Shown: positions 1 through 18,440, numbered from the stretch's first letter. The stretch: 64,000 bases of DNA from Chrysomallon squamiferum (GCA_012295275.1 CM022674.1:11284001-11348000), one strand, 5' to 3'. The notes: generated by a model from the sequence alone, not told the origin. Program-made: numbers and translations.

Positions 1-170
1 AGACAGTACGGCTGAAGAGAGACAGTTGATGTGAAAAGAGACAGCTGGTTTCGAGGGAGATAACTAGAGATTAAAGAGAAAGATAACTGGTGTGTAACAG
101 ATAACTGGTGTGTAACAGATAGTTTGTGTGTAACAGATAACTGGTGTAAAGAGACAGTTGGTGTGAAGAA
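1..170. repeat. Degenerate ~18-bp tandem repeat (AGATAACTGGTGTGTAAC-like)
   Basis: Near-perfect units at ~81-150 (agataactggtgtgtaac x2 plus variants), flanked by diverged agacagttggtgtgaa units. Confidence 0.75.
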
Positions 171-229
171 AAATACTGTATTTATTTATTTATTTATTTT
201 ATTATTTTGTTTTATTATTATTATTTCAG

Positions 230-307
230 GAGGAACGGATCAATCGTGAACTCAATAAAAAAATAAAGGACAAAAGGATTTTTGAAACAACGAAAATATG
301 TAGATGA
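230..307 (+). CDS. Possible terminal exon of a gene starting upstream of the window
   Basis: T-rich tract + ttcag acceptor at 228-229. Phase-0 reading is EERINRELNKKIKDKRIFETTKICR-stop, with AATAAA at 324-329. No family recognised and the phase is unknown. Confidence 0.3.
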   Translation, partial: EERINRELNKKIKDKRIFETTKICR

Positions 308-456
308 GTAATTTAAAATGTTCAATAAAGTGGAGAAATATTTTATTAAATGTTTTATGATCATTTTAATTCAATACCTGTAAAAGAGTTGCACCAAATT
401 TACTTCTTTTTTTCTATATCGAGATTTGAAAATCACAAGGCAATCAATCAAATATA

Positions 457-608
<152 letters not shown>

Positions 609-953
609 TATATAAATCACTGAACTGAAAGTAACAGAGTTAGAGATGACCCAAGGGAAACCTGGCATCCACAGAGCCGAGTGTCTGTAGAAAGAGAAAA
701 TCTGACATAAGAGACTCGTTTGTTTGTTTGTTGCTTGGGATATAACTGTACAAATCAATGGACTTTTGGACTCCAGTTTGTTCACTTTCACAATGAAATT
801 AGGTGTTCCTCATTTGTGGCACGCTTGAGTTTCTGGCCTCACATCATCCAGCTTTTCTCTTGAAATTCTCCATCGACTGCAGTCAGAAGCTAATCTGCTT
901 GCAGATTTTGTATGGACAGTTTCCTGAGTCAATCAGAAGTTAAACATTTATAT

Positions 954-988
<35 letters not shown>

Positions 989-1733
989 CTTATATGTTGA
1001 TTGTTTGTAGATTTGTATTAGGAATGTCATCACTATTTGATCCAAGAGACTAATTATTAAAATTATGATATGTGTTTATCCTTAAACATATTCACTCTAC
1101 AAATTTAGCGTCAGAAATAAATTTATAAACATTAAAATTAAAAAATCAAAAATAACAAATAAATGACTAGTAAAGAAAGAATTTTAATACATCACAAATT
1201 TATAACAAAACTGAACAAATAAAAAAAGAATAAAAAAATACTGACATATATGCTAAACTAAAGGTTAAGTTTTGCTATATAAAGCAATTAAGTAATCCTT
1301 TGGCGCGTTTTTCAGTAAATAAAACGTTAAAAGACTCCATTATATTTCTGTCACAATTTTCTGTCTTCTCCATTCATTATTTTTTGTATTTCCTAAGATA
1401 CAATGTTTAAAGTTAATGTAACATTCCCATGTACTGATGACACAATGTTCTGTCTTTTCTGTCATTATTTTACTTGCCCATATGATACCTTTAGGGAGGC
1501 AGTTGTAGGAGGTAGGTGTTTCCAAATCGCGGAATATATTTTACCAGTATTAAAAGTTTAAATCAAACTTTGTGAACAAGTTTCATTTTTCAAAATTACT
1601 TCTTTATCACATTTTAAAGCACTTGAACGAATATAAATGAGTGGAGGGCGGTTTACGTTCCCTCGGGGTTATCTCCTCCTGTATCCTCTTCTGACAGGAG
1701 AGTCTTAAAGTCAATTTCTAAATCGTTTAAATT

Positions 1734-3738
<2,005 letters not shown>

Positions 3739-4802
3739 GTTTCGTTGTTGTCTCAAACTGTAAACGTATTCGAAACAAATTGATAATAATGATGATGATG
3801 ATGATGAAATACAAATAAATTAAAAAATAATCCTTTTTCAAAAGTGATAAAAGTGATGACTCTAAATAATTGATTACAGTAGTGACTGTAACGCTTCAGG
3901 TACTGCTATTGTTTGTAATGATGATGATGATGATGTCGATAATCACGTTGATTTAAACATTTAAAAAATAAAAAATAAATAAATAAATAAATAAAAACAA
4001 ATAAATGACAGTTACAGATAACACATTTAAATCATAATTTAAAATCCAGGCGAAGCGAATTCTACATTATCCGTAAAACACGCAATAAAAATTCACGGAA
4101 ATACCCGAACACAGAAATGATTCCGAATTTTCCCGAGTTTAATAATAATTTTGTTTGATTTTCTGTCGGTGTCATTTGACAACCAACATGGCCTCAAGGC
4201 TGAAATTAAACAGCAGTTAGTGACGCGGCCTTTGTAGTCATGGTAATAAATTTAATCATTAATCATTAACAGAATGGAAAAGTACCGCAAAGTTTCAACA
4301 AACTTTGAAAACCTTCCATCCAAAATATAGGAGATTTTAATAGATTTTAAGCTGAAAACGTTTGGAACTGATCATTTTCTTTCTGTTTTTCTGTTTTTAT
4401 TATTTATTTATTTATTTATTTATTTACTTTCACAAAAACTTTAAACATCAAGTTAAATATCTTGTAGCACCATAACTAAATTTAACTTAAAATCTTCAGC
4501 GTTTTGAATAATTTATGACGCAAGTCGTTTTCCTTTCACATGTCATCATATGATACATCAGAAATTAAATATAATAATTAATAATTTAAAAAAATGTTGT
4601 GAAATGTCCTTAAAGATTAATAGTCATTCACTGGACCATGATTAATTTGAGTGGTACAGCCGCTGCTAGTGGCAAAGTACGAGACGGAAGTAGCTTTAAC
4701 GTTTCTACTGCCTGGAGCTTACAATAGTTAATTCAATTTGTGTTAGAAAAAATAACATTATAATGAAGGAAGGTGGCAACAAAAAAAGAGAAAAAAACCG
4801 AG

Positions 4803-4840
<38 letters not shown>

Positions 4841-5493
4841 TTTAATAGTTAAAAAAGAGAGTTTCAGAAGAGGACAGATATGAGTTGATGATAACGATCG
4901 AAATGATTATGATGATGACAATGATAATGATGATTATAATCAGTGTAATGATTACAGTAATGATGGTGAATATGGTAACTTGGATAGTGATAGTGATTAT
5001 GATGATGAGGCGGAATATTGTGGGTGATATTTATATCACTATAATTATTTTAATAATTAAATTATATACTTTTTAGTAAGTACAAAAATATGTTAGTTTG
5101 TTTCTGAAAGTATTTCATCATTAATAACAACAGCAAGTGAGTAAGTAAATAAATAAATAAATATATTAATAAATTATAAATAAATAAATAAAACCATAGC
5201 CTTACCTTAATAAGTAAACGTCTTTCCTGATGAACTGACATACCTGTACTGTGTATCACGTTGGTTTGTACCTTCACTAATTAATTCTGACGTGTGACAC
5301 TCCATCACACCTGTCACCTTTGTTTACCTGGTCATGTTAATATTGAAAATATTCAGGTGATTTTAAAAATTTTAATAGTGGCTTATTTTAAAAGTGGGTC
5401 TGTAACCGATCGTACGTTCGTTCATCTATTGAAAGATTATCTGAAAAAACATCTTTCTCTTTTTCATTGATAAGACAGTTTATTGTATATGTT

Positions 5494-5965
<472 letters not shown>

Positions 5966-6089
5966 TTTGTGGTCTAAAACTCACATGTTCATGATACTGA
6001 ATTTAAAATGTTTAACATTTATTTTAAAACCCATATGTGTGTGTTTGTGTGTGTATGTGTTTGTATATGTGAGTGTGTGCATGTTTGTG

Positions 6090-6120
<31 letters not shown>

Positions 6121-6666
6121 TTGTGTGTGTATTTCTCCGTCTTTTTGTGTTTATGGGTGTGTGTAAATATTCCTTTTTTCTTCAGGTTTGTTCTTTATTT
6201 GTATTAATATTATTTTCTTCTTCTTGTCTTCTTCTTCTTCTTCTTCTTATTATTATTGGATCTATTTCTGTTTTTAACTGTTATTAATTTATGTATAATA
6301 TACATGTTGAAATAAATAATAATAATAATTATTATTATTAATACTTACGTTAATTTAAAAATTACGTTATCAATACTGAAGAATAATACAATAGCATCAT
6401 TACAGATGTGTTTAAACGATAAAATTATTATCATCATCATCATCATCATCATCATCATTATTATTGTAGTTAGTTTTTGTTTTAATAAAAATAAGAATAA
6501 AATAAATAATCTTTATTCGATACAATTATGTTACACAGTTTGTGAGTACATTAAATTCAACAGTTTGCTATATACATAGTTTGTCATTTCTCAGAAAGAC
6601 GGAGAAATAATAAATAAATTAAAACATATCTATTTCATAACAACCTCCTAAATCATTATATTCTAT

Positions 6667-6738
<72 letters not shown>

Positions 6739-7395
6739 AGTATATATATACACACACACACACATAATAGAATATAAAGATGTAGGAGGTTGTTTTAATA
6801 GATATGTATGTATATATGTATGTATGCTTGTATGTATGCATGAATGTATGTATGTATATACATAAAATATTTTAAAAAATAAATATAAATAAATAAAACA
6901 TATGAATTGTGTGAACACAAAAATAAAATTTCATTTTCAGAATAAAAATATTAATAAAACATTTAAATATTTGGTGTATGTCGATATTTAAATCAGAAAT
7001 ATTCTGTCGGTATCGAATAAAAATAAGACAGTTTAAAATAGGGTGTTATATCAGGGTTATTAAGTGAATTATCTTAACAGTGTCAAAAGGGAAACTAAAT
7101 ATTAGAAATAACACGAAAGGTGAAGTGAATTAACAAATCCAAAAGAATTAGCTAATGATCAGATAGTTCAGTGTACATTTCTGACCATAAATAATGTTAA
7201 AATTATATATCAGTCTTTTTTCTTTTAAATTAGATATTAAAAAATTATTACGATTCTCTTTGTTTATTTTCTTTTTTCTGTTTTTAAGTTAATATTCATT
7301 TATTTTGTTTGAATGATTGAATGAATGAATTTTTGTTTGTTTATTTTCAATTTTTATATGAAAAGTTTAAATTTATTTGTTTCTGAACGTCCGCT

Positions 7396-7914
7396 CTATC
7401 CACAGTTTTTGTTCTGTCCATTCACGATCAGCCAAACAAGACACTTCTCTCTAGAGTTCAGTCTGGCTAGTTCTTCTAGCGCTCTTTCCTCTGCATCAGA
7501 ATCTTCATCTTCACCATACACTACAGTTTCTATAACCTCCATGGCTGAAGCAAGATGTTCTGCAGAATTAAGTGGTCTACGTTTCGAGGCCTTTTGGCAC
7601 AGTGATTGCTTAGTTATGTCCCCTGTTAACCGGGGTACTGATTTGTCCTCGTACACATCGTAAAATCGAAGATGTTCGACAGTCTTCGCTTTATTCGTTT
7701 CTCGGTTATTTCCGGACTGTGAATCGGAAATTGCGCTTCCGTGATCAGCAGGTCCCGTTTTATTGTCTTCAATGATTTGACGTTGCCGTGGAGTTTCTTG
7801 TTTTGTCAAATCCATAGCTAACTTTGCTTCTCTCGACATCCCGTCAGACACTTTCTCTTTGAATAATCTGCGATTGAATTTTAAAGACAACTTTTTTCGT
7901 TTCAGCATTTTCAT
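7396..7914 (-). CDS. Uncharacterised 172-aa hydrophilic protein (single coding exon)
   Basis: Non-repetitive, GC-richer ORF. Basic N-terminus (KRKKLSLK), acidic patch (EDEDSDAEE) and C-terminal EKCLVWL. In-frame upstream TGA. Acceptor tttttcag at 8016-8017. Confidence 0.65.
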   Translation of the reverse strand: MKMLKRKKLSLKFNRRLFKEKVSDGMSREAKLAMDLTKQETPRQRQIIEDNKTGPADHGSAISDSQSGNNRETNKAKTVEHLRFYDVYEDKSVPRLTGDITKQSLCQKASKRRPLNSAEHLASAMEVIETVVYGEDEDSDAEERALEELARLNSREKCLVWLIVNGQNKNCG

Positions 7915-8228
7915 GATGTTGCTGCACGTGCTAGTGCAATGGTGGTGGTACGCTCCATGTCATATTCACTGACTTTGGCTGAACATCAAAAATTAATGTA
8001 TCATCGACTAAAGATCTGAAAAATACAGATATCACAAAGTCAACGAATCATTGTAATATCAATATATAAGTGAATTAAATATTATTATTAATCAATAATT
8101 ACCAAATGATTAAAATATCGATGAAATTTAGATCGGGTAATAAAAATGTACTGGACATAAATCAACGAAAGAATCTGATAGATTAATTAATTAACGATAG
8201 AAATTAACAAGAAGAAGAAGGAAAAAGA

Positions 8229-8269
<41 letters not shown>

Positions 8270-10351
8270 GTATGTCTGAGATATAAATAACAGAACAAGC
8301 GAGAATGTAAGTTATGGCTATGTAGAGCAAATGTAGACTTACAAGATTTATTTTAGCCTTTACTGCTGTGTGTTAGGTTAATTGTAAATGATTAATGCAG
8401 TGGTTTAATTTACACAAACTATTTAATATTTCCGATTGACTGACACAGGACTCCATTACTATGGCAGCAGCACAACAACAAGAATGAGAACCAAAAAAAA
8501 AAAAAAAAAAAAGAAGCCGTTAATGCCATTAGCACAACTTCTACCACAACTTCTACCACAACTGCTACCACAACTACCAGTGTAACTACTTCTTCTATTC
8601 TTACTGCAGCTACTCTCACTTCTACGAATACTGCTGCTACTACTTCACTTCTGCTATTACTACCACTGCAGGTGTTGTGCTGCTATAGCACCACCACCAC
8701 CAACAACTACTCCAGCTACTACTAAAATGAAAAATAGCAATATCAACAACAGTAATGACGACAAAAGCAACAAGAACAAGAACAACAACAACAATAATAA
8801 CAGCAATCGTTTTTACGTGACCGATGACCTAAAGCACGGTTTTGCTTGACCAGAGGCAACCATGTTTAAAAACACCTCATTCATTTCCTTAGAGTGTAAA
8901 TCATGTCCGTTCCGATTCATTAATTCTTCACATTTCATGTTACCAGCAAATTCATGCTCACGTCTACAGGTGCGATTTGATAATTTCTCAAAGTATTAAT
9001 ATTAACACAGAGAGCACGTGCAAAGGAAGAAAAAAAAGATGATAATAAAGCATTGCTCCATAGGAATGAATAAGTAAATGACTAGGAATCGGTGGGTATT
9101 GTTGATGATTGGCTTTTAATAGTTCTGAAAATATTTAATATTTTAATATTATTATCTGTCATGGGTTGGTTTTATGGAACTGTAAACGGAAAATATTTTA
9201 TAAGCGTATTTCCATTAAAATGAAAACGTATAGCAATAATTTTGACATGCATTGTGAACATCAATATGTTCTCCATCCATCCATCTATATACATACCTGC
9301 TAATCATCCTATCAGCCTACAAAATTACATATACACCCACAAACACATACCACATACCTTCACCCCCACCCCACCACACACACACACACACACACACCTT
9401 CACCCCCACCCCACCACACACACACCCCACCACACACCTTCACCCCCCAAACCCCACCACACGCACACAACACACACCTCCCCCCCCCACCCCACCACAC
9501 CACACACACCCACACCCACAAATACACACACACACACAACCTTCAACCCCACCCCACCACACACACACACACACACATAAACACACACACACTCATATAC
9601 ATATGTATGTATGTATCTATGTATTATATATTTACTTATGCAGATATGCATGCACACATATATATTTATCTACATACATATAAACGTACATACAAACGTA
9701 TTTTTATTATATATATACATACATACATACATACATACAAACACATACATATATATACATACATACATACATATATACATACATTGTCTATCTAGCATAC
9801 TCATGAACGTTCTTAATATCATTTTAAAAAGATCTATAAGATTATCTTTCGATAACACGAAGTGTCGTGTCAAATAAGTTATCAGAAAATGCACTGCAGA
9901 ATTGAAACCCGCCCAACAGACAAGTCACGAGTATCTGCGTGTCAAGTCTGTAACACGTAACAGACGCTCCAGCTGTGACTTTAGCTAACTAGTCTACACA
10001 GATAGATATCTGTGATACTTAACAATCGTTGATTAATCAGTATGTCGTTTAGACATAGGTGTTCAAAGTATATAAACTGCTACCTAACGTTGTACCTTCC
10101 TTCTCCCTGTTATTATTTTACTCAACCTTTTTTTTTTTTTTCATTCGTTTATTTATCTTTCTCTTTATTCTTAAAATATTATATTTATTTTTAATCGTCA
10201 TTCTAAGATATTAAACAACTTAACTGTCTGGAAATTGAATAAATATAGATAATCTTGACCAATAATCTTACCCCCCACACACACATTATAATTATAATTA
10301 AAATAATTTAAAAATTATAATAAATAAATAAAATAAAATTACCTTCAGATC

Positions 10352-10431
<80 letters not shown>

Positions 10432-10926
10432 ATGTGTGTGTATTTGTTTTTGCGTGTGTGTGTGTGTGTCTGTTTGTACATGTCGAAACACATTTTAGTT
10501 TTAATGCATTATTATTGATTTTGTTACTGGTTTAATGCGATTGTTATTTACATGCAAAACCGATGTGGATAGACAGACAGAGAGACAGACAGACACAATT
10601 GCACATACAAACATATACATACATGCATAAATGTATGTATACATATATAAACATACACGTTCACATACACACATGAACAACCATATTTTTGTAATTTCAT
10701 ACTATTCACAATTTCAGTGTTACTAATTTCTTTCTATTAAAATCTGTCATTCACGGTCTAAGACCAGATCAGAACGCAGTGTTATTTACAGTGCTAAACG
10801 ATAATCACTTACAAAAATACAGACATTTTAAAAACGTATCTCGAATACTAATTCCATTCATTTTAAGTTTCAATCTTCGAACATAAATATTTTTGAAATA
10901 ACTGAATATGTAAAATTCAAACTTAC

Positions 10927-11052
10927 ATGAATTGTCTGTTTCTGCCTATGCTTATTTCGTCTGTTTATTTCGCTGGTTGTGACGTACTGAGGATGTCACG
11001 TGATCGCGTCGTCTGCTTCTGCTGACGATTGTTAAGTTTTTGTGTCTGCTCT
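10927..11052 (-). other. Putative non-coding (5'UTR) exon, probably of the 7396-7914 gene
   Basis: Strong acceptor (tttattctctttcttcctcacaccag) and donor (GTAAGT at 10926). Stops in all three frames. Confidence 0.45.
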
Positions 11053-11392
11053 CTGGTGTGAGGAAGAAAGAGAATAAATCTGAATTACTGCTCGGTCATA
11101 AAAAATACTCGACATAGCGTTTATCGATCAGTTCACAGTTAAGTTGATTAACTATCAGAATGAATTAGAATTTTCTTTCTTTTATTTTTTTTTATTTTAT
11201 GTTCGAACGAAATATGCAGTGTTCTCGATTTGAGAATATGGTTGAAATCGATAGCTGCATGGGTTATGTAGTCATGGTAAAATACCTGAAATTTCTTATA
11301 TTCATAATTCGGGTTGATATTTTCTCTTTTGCTTTTTTTTTATTTGCTTATTAATTTATTAATTTATTAATTAATTAATTAATTAATTTATT

Positions 11393-11464
<72 letters not shown>

Positions 11465-12185
11465 GTTATTATTGTTTTTATTCAAATTTTTGCGTTTTCA
11501 GTTTCTTTCTTTTTCTTTCTTCATTTGTTTATAATTTCTTTTCTTTTCTTTCATTATTTATTTTTAATTAATGTTTGTAGTAGTTACTGTTGTTTATGTT
11601 TACCTCGTCATTTTCTTTAACTGCACAGAATTCCAAAATAACAAGAATTCTATTTATTTATTTATTTATTTATTTATAAAAACGGACATCAGAAAATACG
11701 GAACAATGACAGCCATTAAAGAACGATATATATATATATAATAAATAAATAAATAAATGTGAACAGAAAGTAAAGACAGTTAAAAATAAAATGTTACAAA
11801 ATTAGAATAAAGAAAGGAAATATAAAATGTATTAAATAGAACTGAAAAATAATTGAAAAAGAAAATTAAAATTAAAAAACATAATAATAAAATAAATAAT
11901 AGTAATAATAGTAATAAAAATGATATTAAAAATAAAAATAATAATAAAATAAAGGAAGAAAGAACCCAGAAGAAGGACTATATTTTAACAAATATTAAAA
12001 CTGTGGTAAAAGTTTTAAACTCCAATAAAGTATATAATCTATCTATTCATAGCACAACTACATTTTGACACTAACCATTATCAATGCTAATGAAAATACA
12101 GAATATATTTAATCTGTTTATTAAACAACTAGCACACTTTAACAGAGTAACATATATATATATACACACACACACACACATACAC

Positions 12186-12218
<33 letters not shown>

Positions 12219-12313
12219 TACATACATAAATAGTTATGTATGTGTGTATATAAAATGCATTCGTGCCTCGAATATATACTTCTCTATACTAACGATATAT
12301 AGACATATGTAAT

Positions 12314-12460
12314 ATCAGTTTTATTCCTCAGATGACATCTACATATGTAAATACCTATCACTTTTATTCCTCAAATGGTATCTACCTTCTAAATACCTAC
12401 CAGTTTTATTCCACAAACGATGTATACCTTCGTAATACTTACCCGTTTTTTTCCTCACAA
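12314..12460. repeat. Degenerate ~42-bp tandem repeat (3.5 units) overlapping a minus-strand splice donor at 12442
   Basis: Units atcagttttattcctcagatgacatctacatatgtaaatacct / atcacttttattcctcaaatgg... / accagttttattccacaaacg... / acccgtttttttcctcac. Confidence 0.7.
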
Positions 12461-14743
12461 TATATATCGCACTCTGTCGTTCACCTCCTTATAAATGATG
12501 TTTAAATTTAACTGCTTGATCATGTACAGACATATAGGACGGTTTTAAAACACGTCATTGTTGAAATGTCAAATTAACATATCCGCTCATTCCGTGCACT
12601 GTAGTTATAACGTGGATACTGAACTGAGTGCAGAAGGGTCTGTACATACATTACACACGGTCGAAGAGTGACGGGTTCGCGAGACTGGTTCAAGGCGCGG
12701 GTTTAGAAGTTTTTGTTCTATAAAATAAAAAGAGGGAGGTGTTTACGGTATTTTACGATTTTTACTGCGTTTACGATGACATCAGCAACCATTACTATTA
12801 CAGTTTTTATTGCTTGAAATCATTTTACCATCAGACTACATTGTTATTATTACTGCAGCTATCTCTGTTACCCACTATTACTATTACTACTGCTGCTGCT
12901 GCTACTCCTTCTATTACTACTACCACAATCCCCATTACTGCAACAACTACTACTGTAGCTACATCGTCTATAGTTACAACTATTACAGCTACCACTACAA
13001 TAGTACTGCTATTTCTATTACTAACACACTACTTCTATTAATGGCTTCTGAATTGACTGTTGAAGACACTGATAGCATGTCAAAAGATTAGCTACGTCGG
13101 AGAAATAGTTGATTATAGAAAATACATACTGTAAAGATATTACATTACCAAATTATCTTGAGTAGTAACCGGAACCAAACTCCTTTCCTGTCAGTGTTAG
13201 ACCAGTGCTTAACCACAGAGACACCTCTGCAAGGTAGACGCGACATTAACTGTTTTTGTAGAGCTATTGTCAGTCAGGTGTGTTTACAAGTTCATTTCGG
13301 ATAGCCTCTTTTGTGATATCTTCAGTGTTCACTTTAATACCCTCTCTGAACAGAGCCACGGCCTGTGAAATACAGCAGTTATTGTACACCCAATAAAAAC
13401 ATACCACTGGCAGCAAAACAAGGAGCTAGGGTGTGTGTTTTTTTACAACAGTAATTTTAGTAGTGGTAGTGGTAGTAATAGTAGTAGCAGTAGTAATAGC
13501 AGTAGTTGATACAGTAGAAGAAGCAGAAGTATTAGTTATTGTTGTTGTAGACAGATGGATAGATAGCTGATACAGTATATATATATGTAGATATAGATAT
13601 GTATGTAGATATGGATATTATAGATATACAGACAGGCAGACAGATAGCTTAGATAGATATATATGTAAATATGTAGATAGAAAGACAGACAGACAGATAT
13701 ATAGATATATAGATCGATAGACAGATATATATATATATATATATATTCATTTATCTGTCTGTGTGTATATATATATATATATATACTCACAGACAGATAA
13801 ATGAATAGACAGACAGATAGATAGATAGATTAAAAATTAAAAATAAAGAAAAGACAAATACTATTTCTTTTTTTTCTTAAATCCATATCCTGCGTATTGA
13901 CAAAAGAGGAGAGGAACAAATTTTATTTCAAGCTTCACACTCACATTATTTCTTTTTAAGTCAACCTTGTGGTTCAGAGAGATAAAACATACTTTTGCTT
14001 TGAGAAGTAGAGGACTTCTCCCTTTTTATACTCAGGTATTTCTCAAGATCCAAGTTTTGAATTAGTGAGCTATTTCACTTTCAGATATCGTTAAATAATA
14101 AATCATTTGTACTGTAAGCTTGCCCGTTTGCTTCTTCTCGCCAGTTTATTTATTCATTTTATTTATTTATTTTATTTTATTTTATTTTATTTTATTATTT
14201 GTTTGTTTGTTTATTTATTTACAGTATCTATCAACTCTGAGATTTCTAGTTCAGTGAAATCTTTATACAAATTAATTCATTTTGAAAATCTGAACACGTC
14301 ACCGTTACAAACAATCCCCCCTGTTATATGTTTTCATATCCACCCTTATTTAATACCTGAAAAAACATTTGAAAGGAGTACACTGACAAACAATATTCTT
14401 TTGTCACATTAATAGACTGCGATATAGCCATTGTTTAATACAATGTGCTTATTTCACGTACAGTGTATCACACAGATTTACAATACACAATAAATCACAT
14501 ACGATACTAGACACAATGTAATAGTGAAGATATATAAACCACTACTCATAATATACAATCATAAACTCGTGTTCATGTATTGCTAGGTGCTGGGGAGAAA
14601 ACAAGGGAATCTGTACACAGAATAAAATAGCTATATATATTCATAACATGCTGACGTTTACGATTTGTCAGAACTGAATATAAATTGCCTTTGAAACCGA
14701 TTTGACTGGAACAGGTATATACATACATACGCACATTTACACA

Positions 14744-14805
<62 letters not shown>

Positions 14806-14899
14806 CATATTACTAGTTACTAGCAGTATTACTACTGCTAACATTATTACTACTATTATTTCTGCTTCTAGAAATTTAGTATATAAATATATAAATGAA

Positions 14900-14948
<49 letters not shown>

Positions 14949-16789
14949 GCAATGTTGTAGTTAAGGAGTTAAATTTCAGTACTTGTTGAACTTGGTGTTA
15001 TTTTACAGATATTTAGATGTATGAAGTGTTTAAAATGGGAGAATAGATTTATAAAGTGTATCATTTTCTCTACCATGTCCCCCAATCACGTCCCATATTT
15101 AATTTTACCATTAACCTTCCTTCTCACCATTTACATTTCGTATTAGGAAGTTTATAACATATAAATTGCAGTTTAGGAATATACTTTCTTCTGTAAAGAT
15201 GTACTTAATTATGATGTTGATGAATATGATTAACAATATATATACACTCGCACACACATACAGACATACATAACACACACACACACATACATACACATTT
15301 GTGTATATTGATAATGGTAATGATAATAATAATAATAATCTATACAGATAATGTGGTTGGATCTCGAGATGGTTTATTTGTTTATTATCATAGTATTAGT
15401 ATTATTATTATTATTAATATTAATATTATTATTATTATTTTTTTTTTTTGATAATTTCATTTATTTATTATTTATTAATCATTATTAATATTTATCTTTA
15501 CATCGTATCGTTTCTATTCTTGTTTTTTCTCATCTCTCTCTCTCTCATTCTCTCTGTATGTCTCTCTTGCATTATCTTTCGCTCTCATTCTAACGCAGCT
15601 AATATGCAGCTTTAATACGCATATACATAAATAAACTAACATTTCATTATTTGCTGGTTGTTAAGCTGTACTACATTCACAGGCTGACTTCTGCTACGTG
15701 GTGCGAGGCAAGTCAGTTATTGGGTTTAATGCCAAAATCAATTTTTTAATCAGATAAAGCATATTCTCGGTTCATCAGATTTCAATACTGGATTTTCAAG
15801 ATTTATATAGCTGTTACATTTCAGGGTGGACTCCAGAGGGGTAACTGGAAAGGGCCTCTTTGTATATATGTATGTATGTATACATGGGTGTTTGTGCGTG
15901 TGTTTTCAAGTCTTAAAAGTCTGGAATGTAGACGTAAGCATGAAGAAGTAGAGAAAAAAAATTCCTTATTAATAAAAGAAAAAAGTGGCCTAGTTTCGTT
16001 TACAAAGTAAATAAAATAAAATAAAATAAAATATATATGAAGTTAATAAATAAGATAAAATAAGTAAGTAAGTAATAAATAAACAAATAAAATAAATAAG
16101 TAACTGAATATAAATAAATAAATAAATAAATAAATAAAAATCAATAATCGTTCACACATATAATGAAGTAGCAGTAATAGGAGCAGTCGTTTTATTAAAT
16201 TCATTTGCTCAAACTTTTCAAAATGTTCCTACAGCTAGCTCTTCATAGTGAACACATTCTAAACGTAAAACACTGTGTCCACGACAAACGTGATTAAACC
16301 ACTGTACTGAACAATATTCCATTTACAGATATGTAAATGTTGATCTTGAACTTTAATTTCTCATTTCTTTACAATATCGTGATCAGTATTTTATATACTG
16401 GTAAAACACAGGTGGAAAGAAATTGTAGACCTGGACCTACTCAGAGGGTTATATGTACAAATAATTATATTCACGTGAACAGTTTTGACATACTGTCACT
16501 GAAATGTAGTTTTTGAGACACTGAAAAGGATTAAATTTTGACAGGTAAATGTATCAGTGTCATTATAGTAAGTATTTATATATGTAAATACTGGATCCTC
16601 AACATATCTATATAGCTGTCTGTTAATTAAAATAAATAAATAAAATATTGAATAGCTAAAATATAAAATAAAAGAAGTAATATGTATCATAAAAGAGCTT
16701 GTAAAATATTAAATACATCTATCAGTTGATCAAATATACAAAATGGAAAATAAAATATATAGAAAAATAAAATCAATACAAGGAAAAAA

Positions 16790-16828
<39 letters not shown>

Positions 16829-16959
16829 ATAAGTAAAGAGAAAAATATAAAAATAAATAAGAATATCTAAGAAATTGTTTGATTCTTTTGTATTATGCCA
16901 CAAGACTGATCTACTGAAGCTTCTGTCACTGCTGAATCATGTTATCTCTTTATGTTGAT

Positions 16960-16995
<36 letters not shown>

Positions 16996-17684
16996 AGAAA
17001 ATCCAAACTAGTACAAATGATAACACATATTACTGACTCACAAACTGAAGCTTGTAATTACCTAATTAAAAAAAAAATAAAAAAAAGTAACAAAAACAGA
17101 TATTTCAGAAAAATGATTTATATTTTCAATAAACTTCAGATTGTAAACACAGCAGCAAAAACCAGTGAGTTGCATGTCACTTAAACAGTGGAAGACACAC
17201 ACACATCTAACAGACAAAACTGAAATATGAGCTAAGGCACCAACAAGATCAATAACCAAGTTAATATATTTTTCCACTGATATATTTTAGGAAGTATAAT
17301 ATAAAAAAATATAATTACCATAATTATGTGATGTGTATGTGTGTATACAAAATTCATAATATTATAATAATAATAACATACTTTATAAAGTATTTAATGT
17401 AATTCATAATTATGTAACATCACCGTTTAATTATACAAATATATATAAATATATTTATGACTATTAAGAAATATATAAAATTATTAGGTACCTCATAATT
17501 ATATAACATTAACAATGTACAAACATTTCAACATTTTACAACTATTATGATATAACTGAATTACCATTGTTAGTATATTTTTATATTTCTGTGCAATAAT
17601 AAAGTGTAATCAAATGTGCATGCATAAAAATACACATTCACATGTACATGTTAGCTGTCATATCAAACTAGGTTTTAAGTCCTG

Positions 17685-17748
<64 letters not shown>

Positions 17749-18440
17749 GATCCATGAAATATAATTCATACACATACACACATATAATGGACACACAATT
17801 AGTGGTTTGAAGCAAAAAATTTGGTAACAGTATTTATAAAAAATAAAATCAAGATACACACTTAAAATTCTACATAATCATGATAAAGAAACACTTACAT
17901 ACAAACAGTCAAACAAATGGAGAATAGTCAGTACTAATTCATTACCAGGATGAAATTAGAAACATTTGCAAGCACATGTAATTATCATTATTTCACAACA
18001 AATGTTCATACTCCATTAGTATATTATTATTATTACTACTACTATTATTGTTATTATTATTACTGGATTATTATTATTTCTGTTATTATTATTATTATAT
18101 TTTTTATTATAAAAGCTATTCTATTAGCACCTTTAGCAATTTGAAATAAAACAAAAACAACAAAATACCATTATATAACAAATATAACCACTAGTAACAA
18201 AATACACCCCCCCAACAATCTAAATAACCTAACTCTACAAACACACAAACTGTTAATTTCATGTACAAATATGTTACAGTGGTTTAAAAATATATTTATC
18301 TGACATGGTTTAATAAATATTTTACTATACAGGTGGTGAAGTAATATTTTATTAAAACTAAAAATATATAAAATAATAAATAAATAAATAAATTTTCTAT
18401 ATATTTGTAAAGCATTTGTCAATGAATATTTATATATTTT

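Noticed and set aside
620-945. GC-richer non-repetitive stretch that looked exon-like
   Set aside because: No frame gave a recognisable protein or a consistent acceptor/donor pair. It may be a UTR or TE relic.
13160-13235. Possible reverse-strand tRNA-derived SINE head (gtggttaagcactggtc...)
   Set aside because: Too degenerate. There is no convincing B box or cloverleaf, so it is not called as tRNA or SINE.
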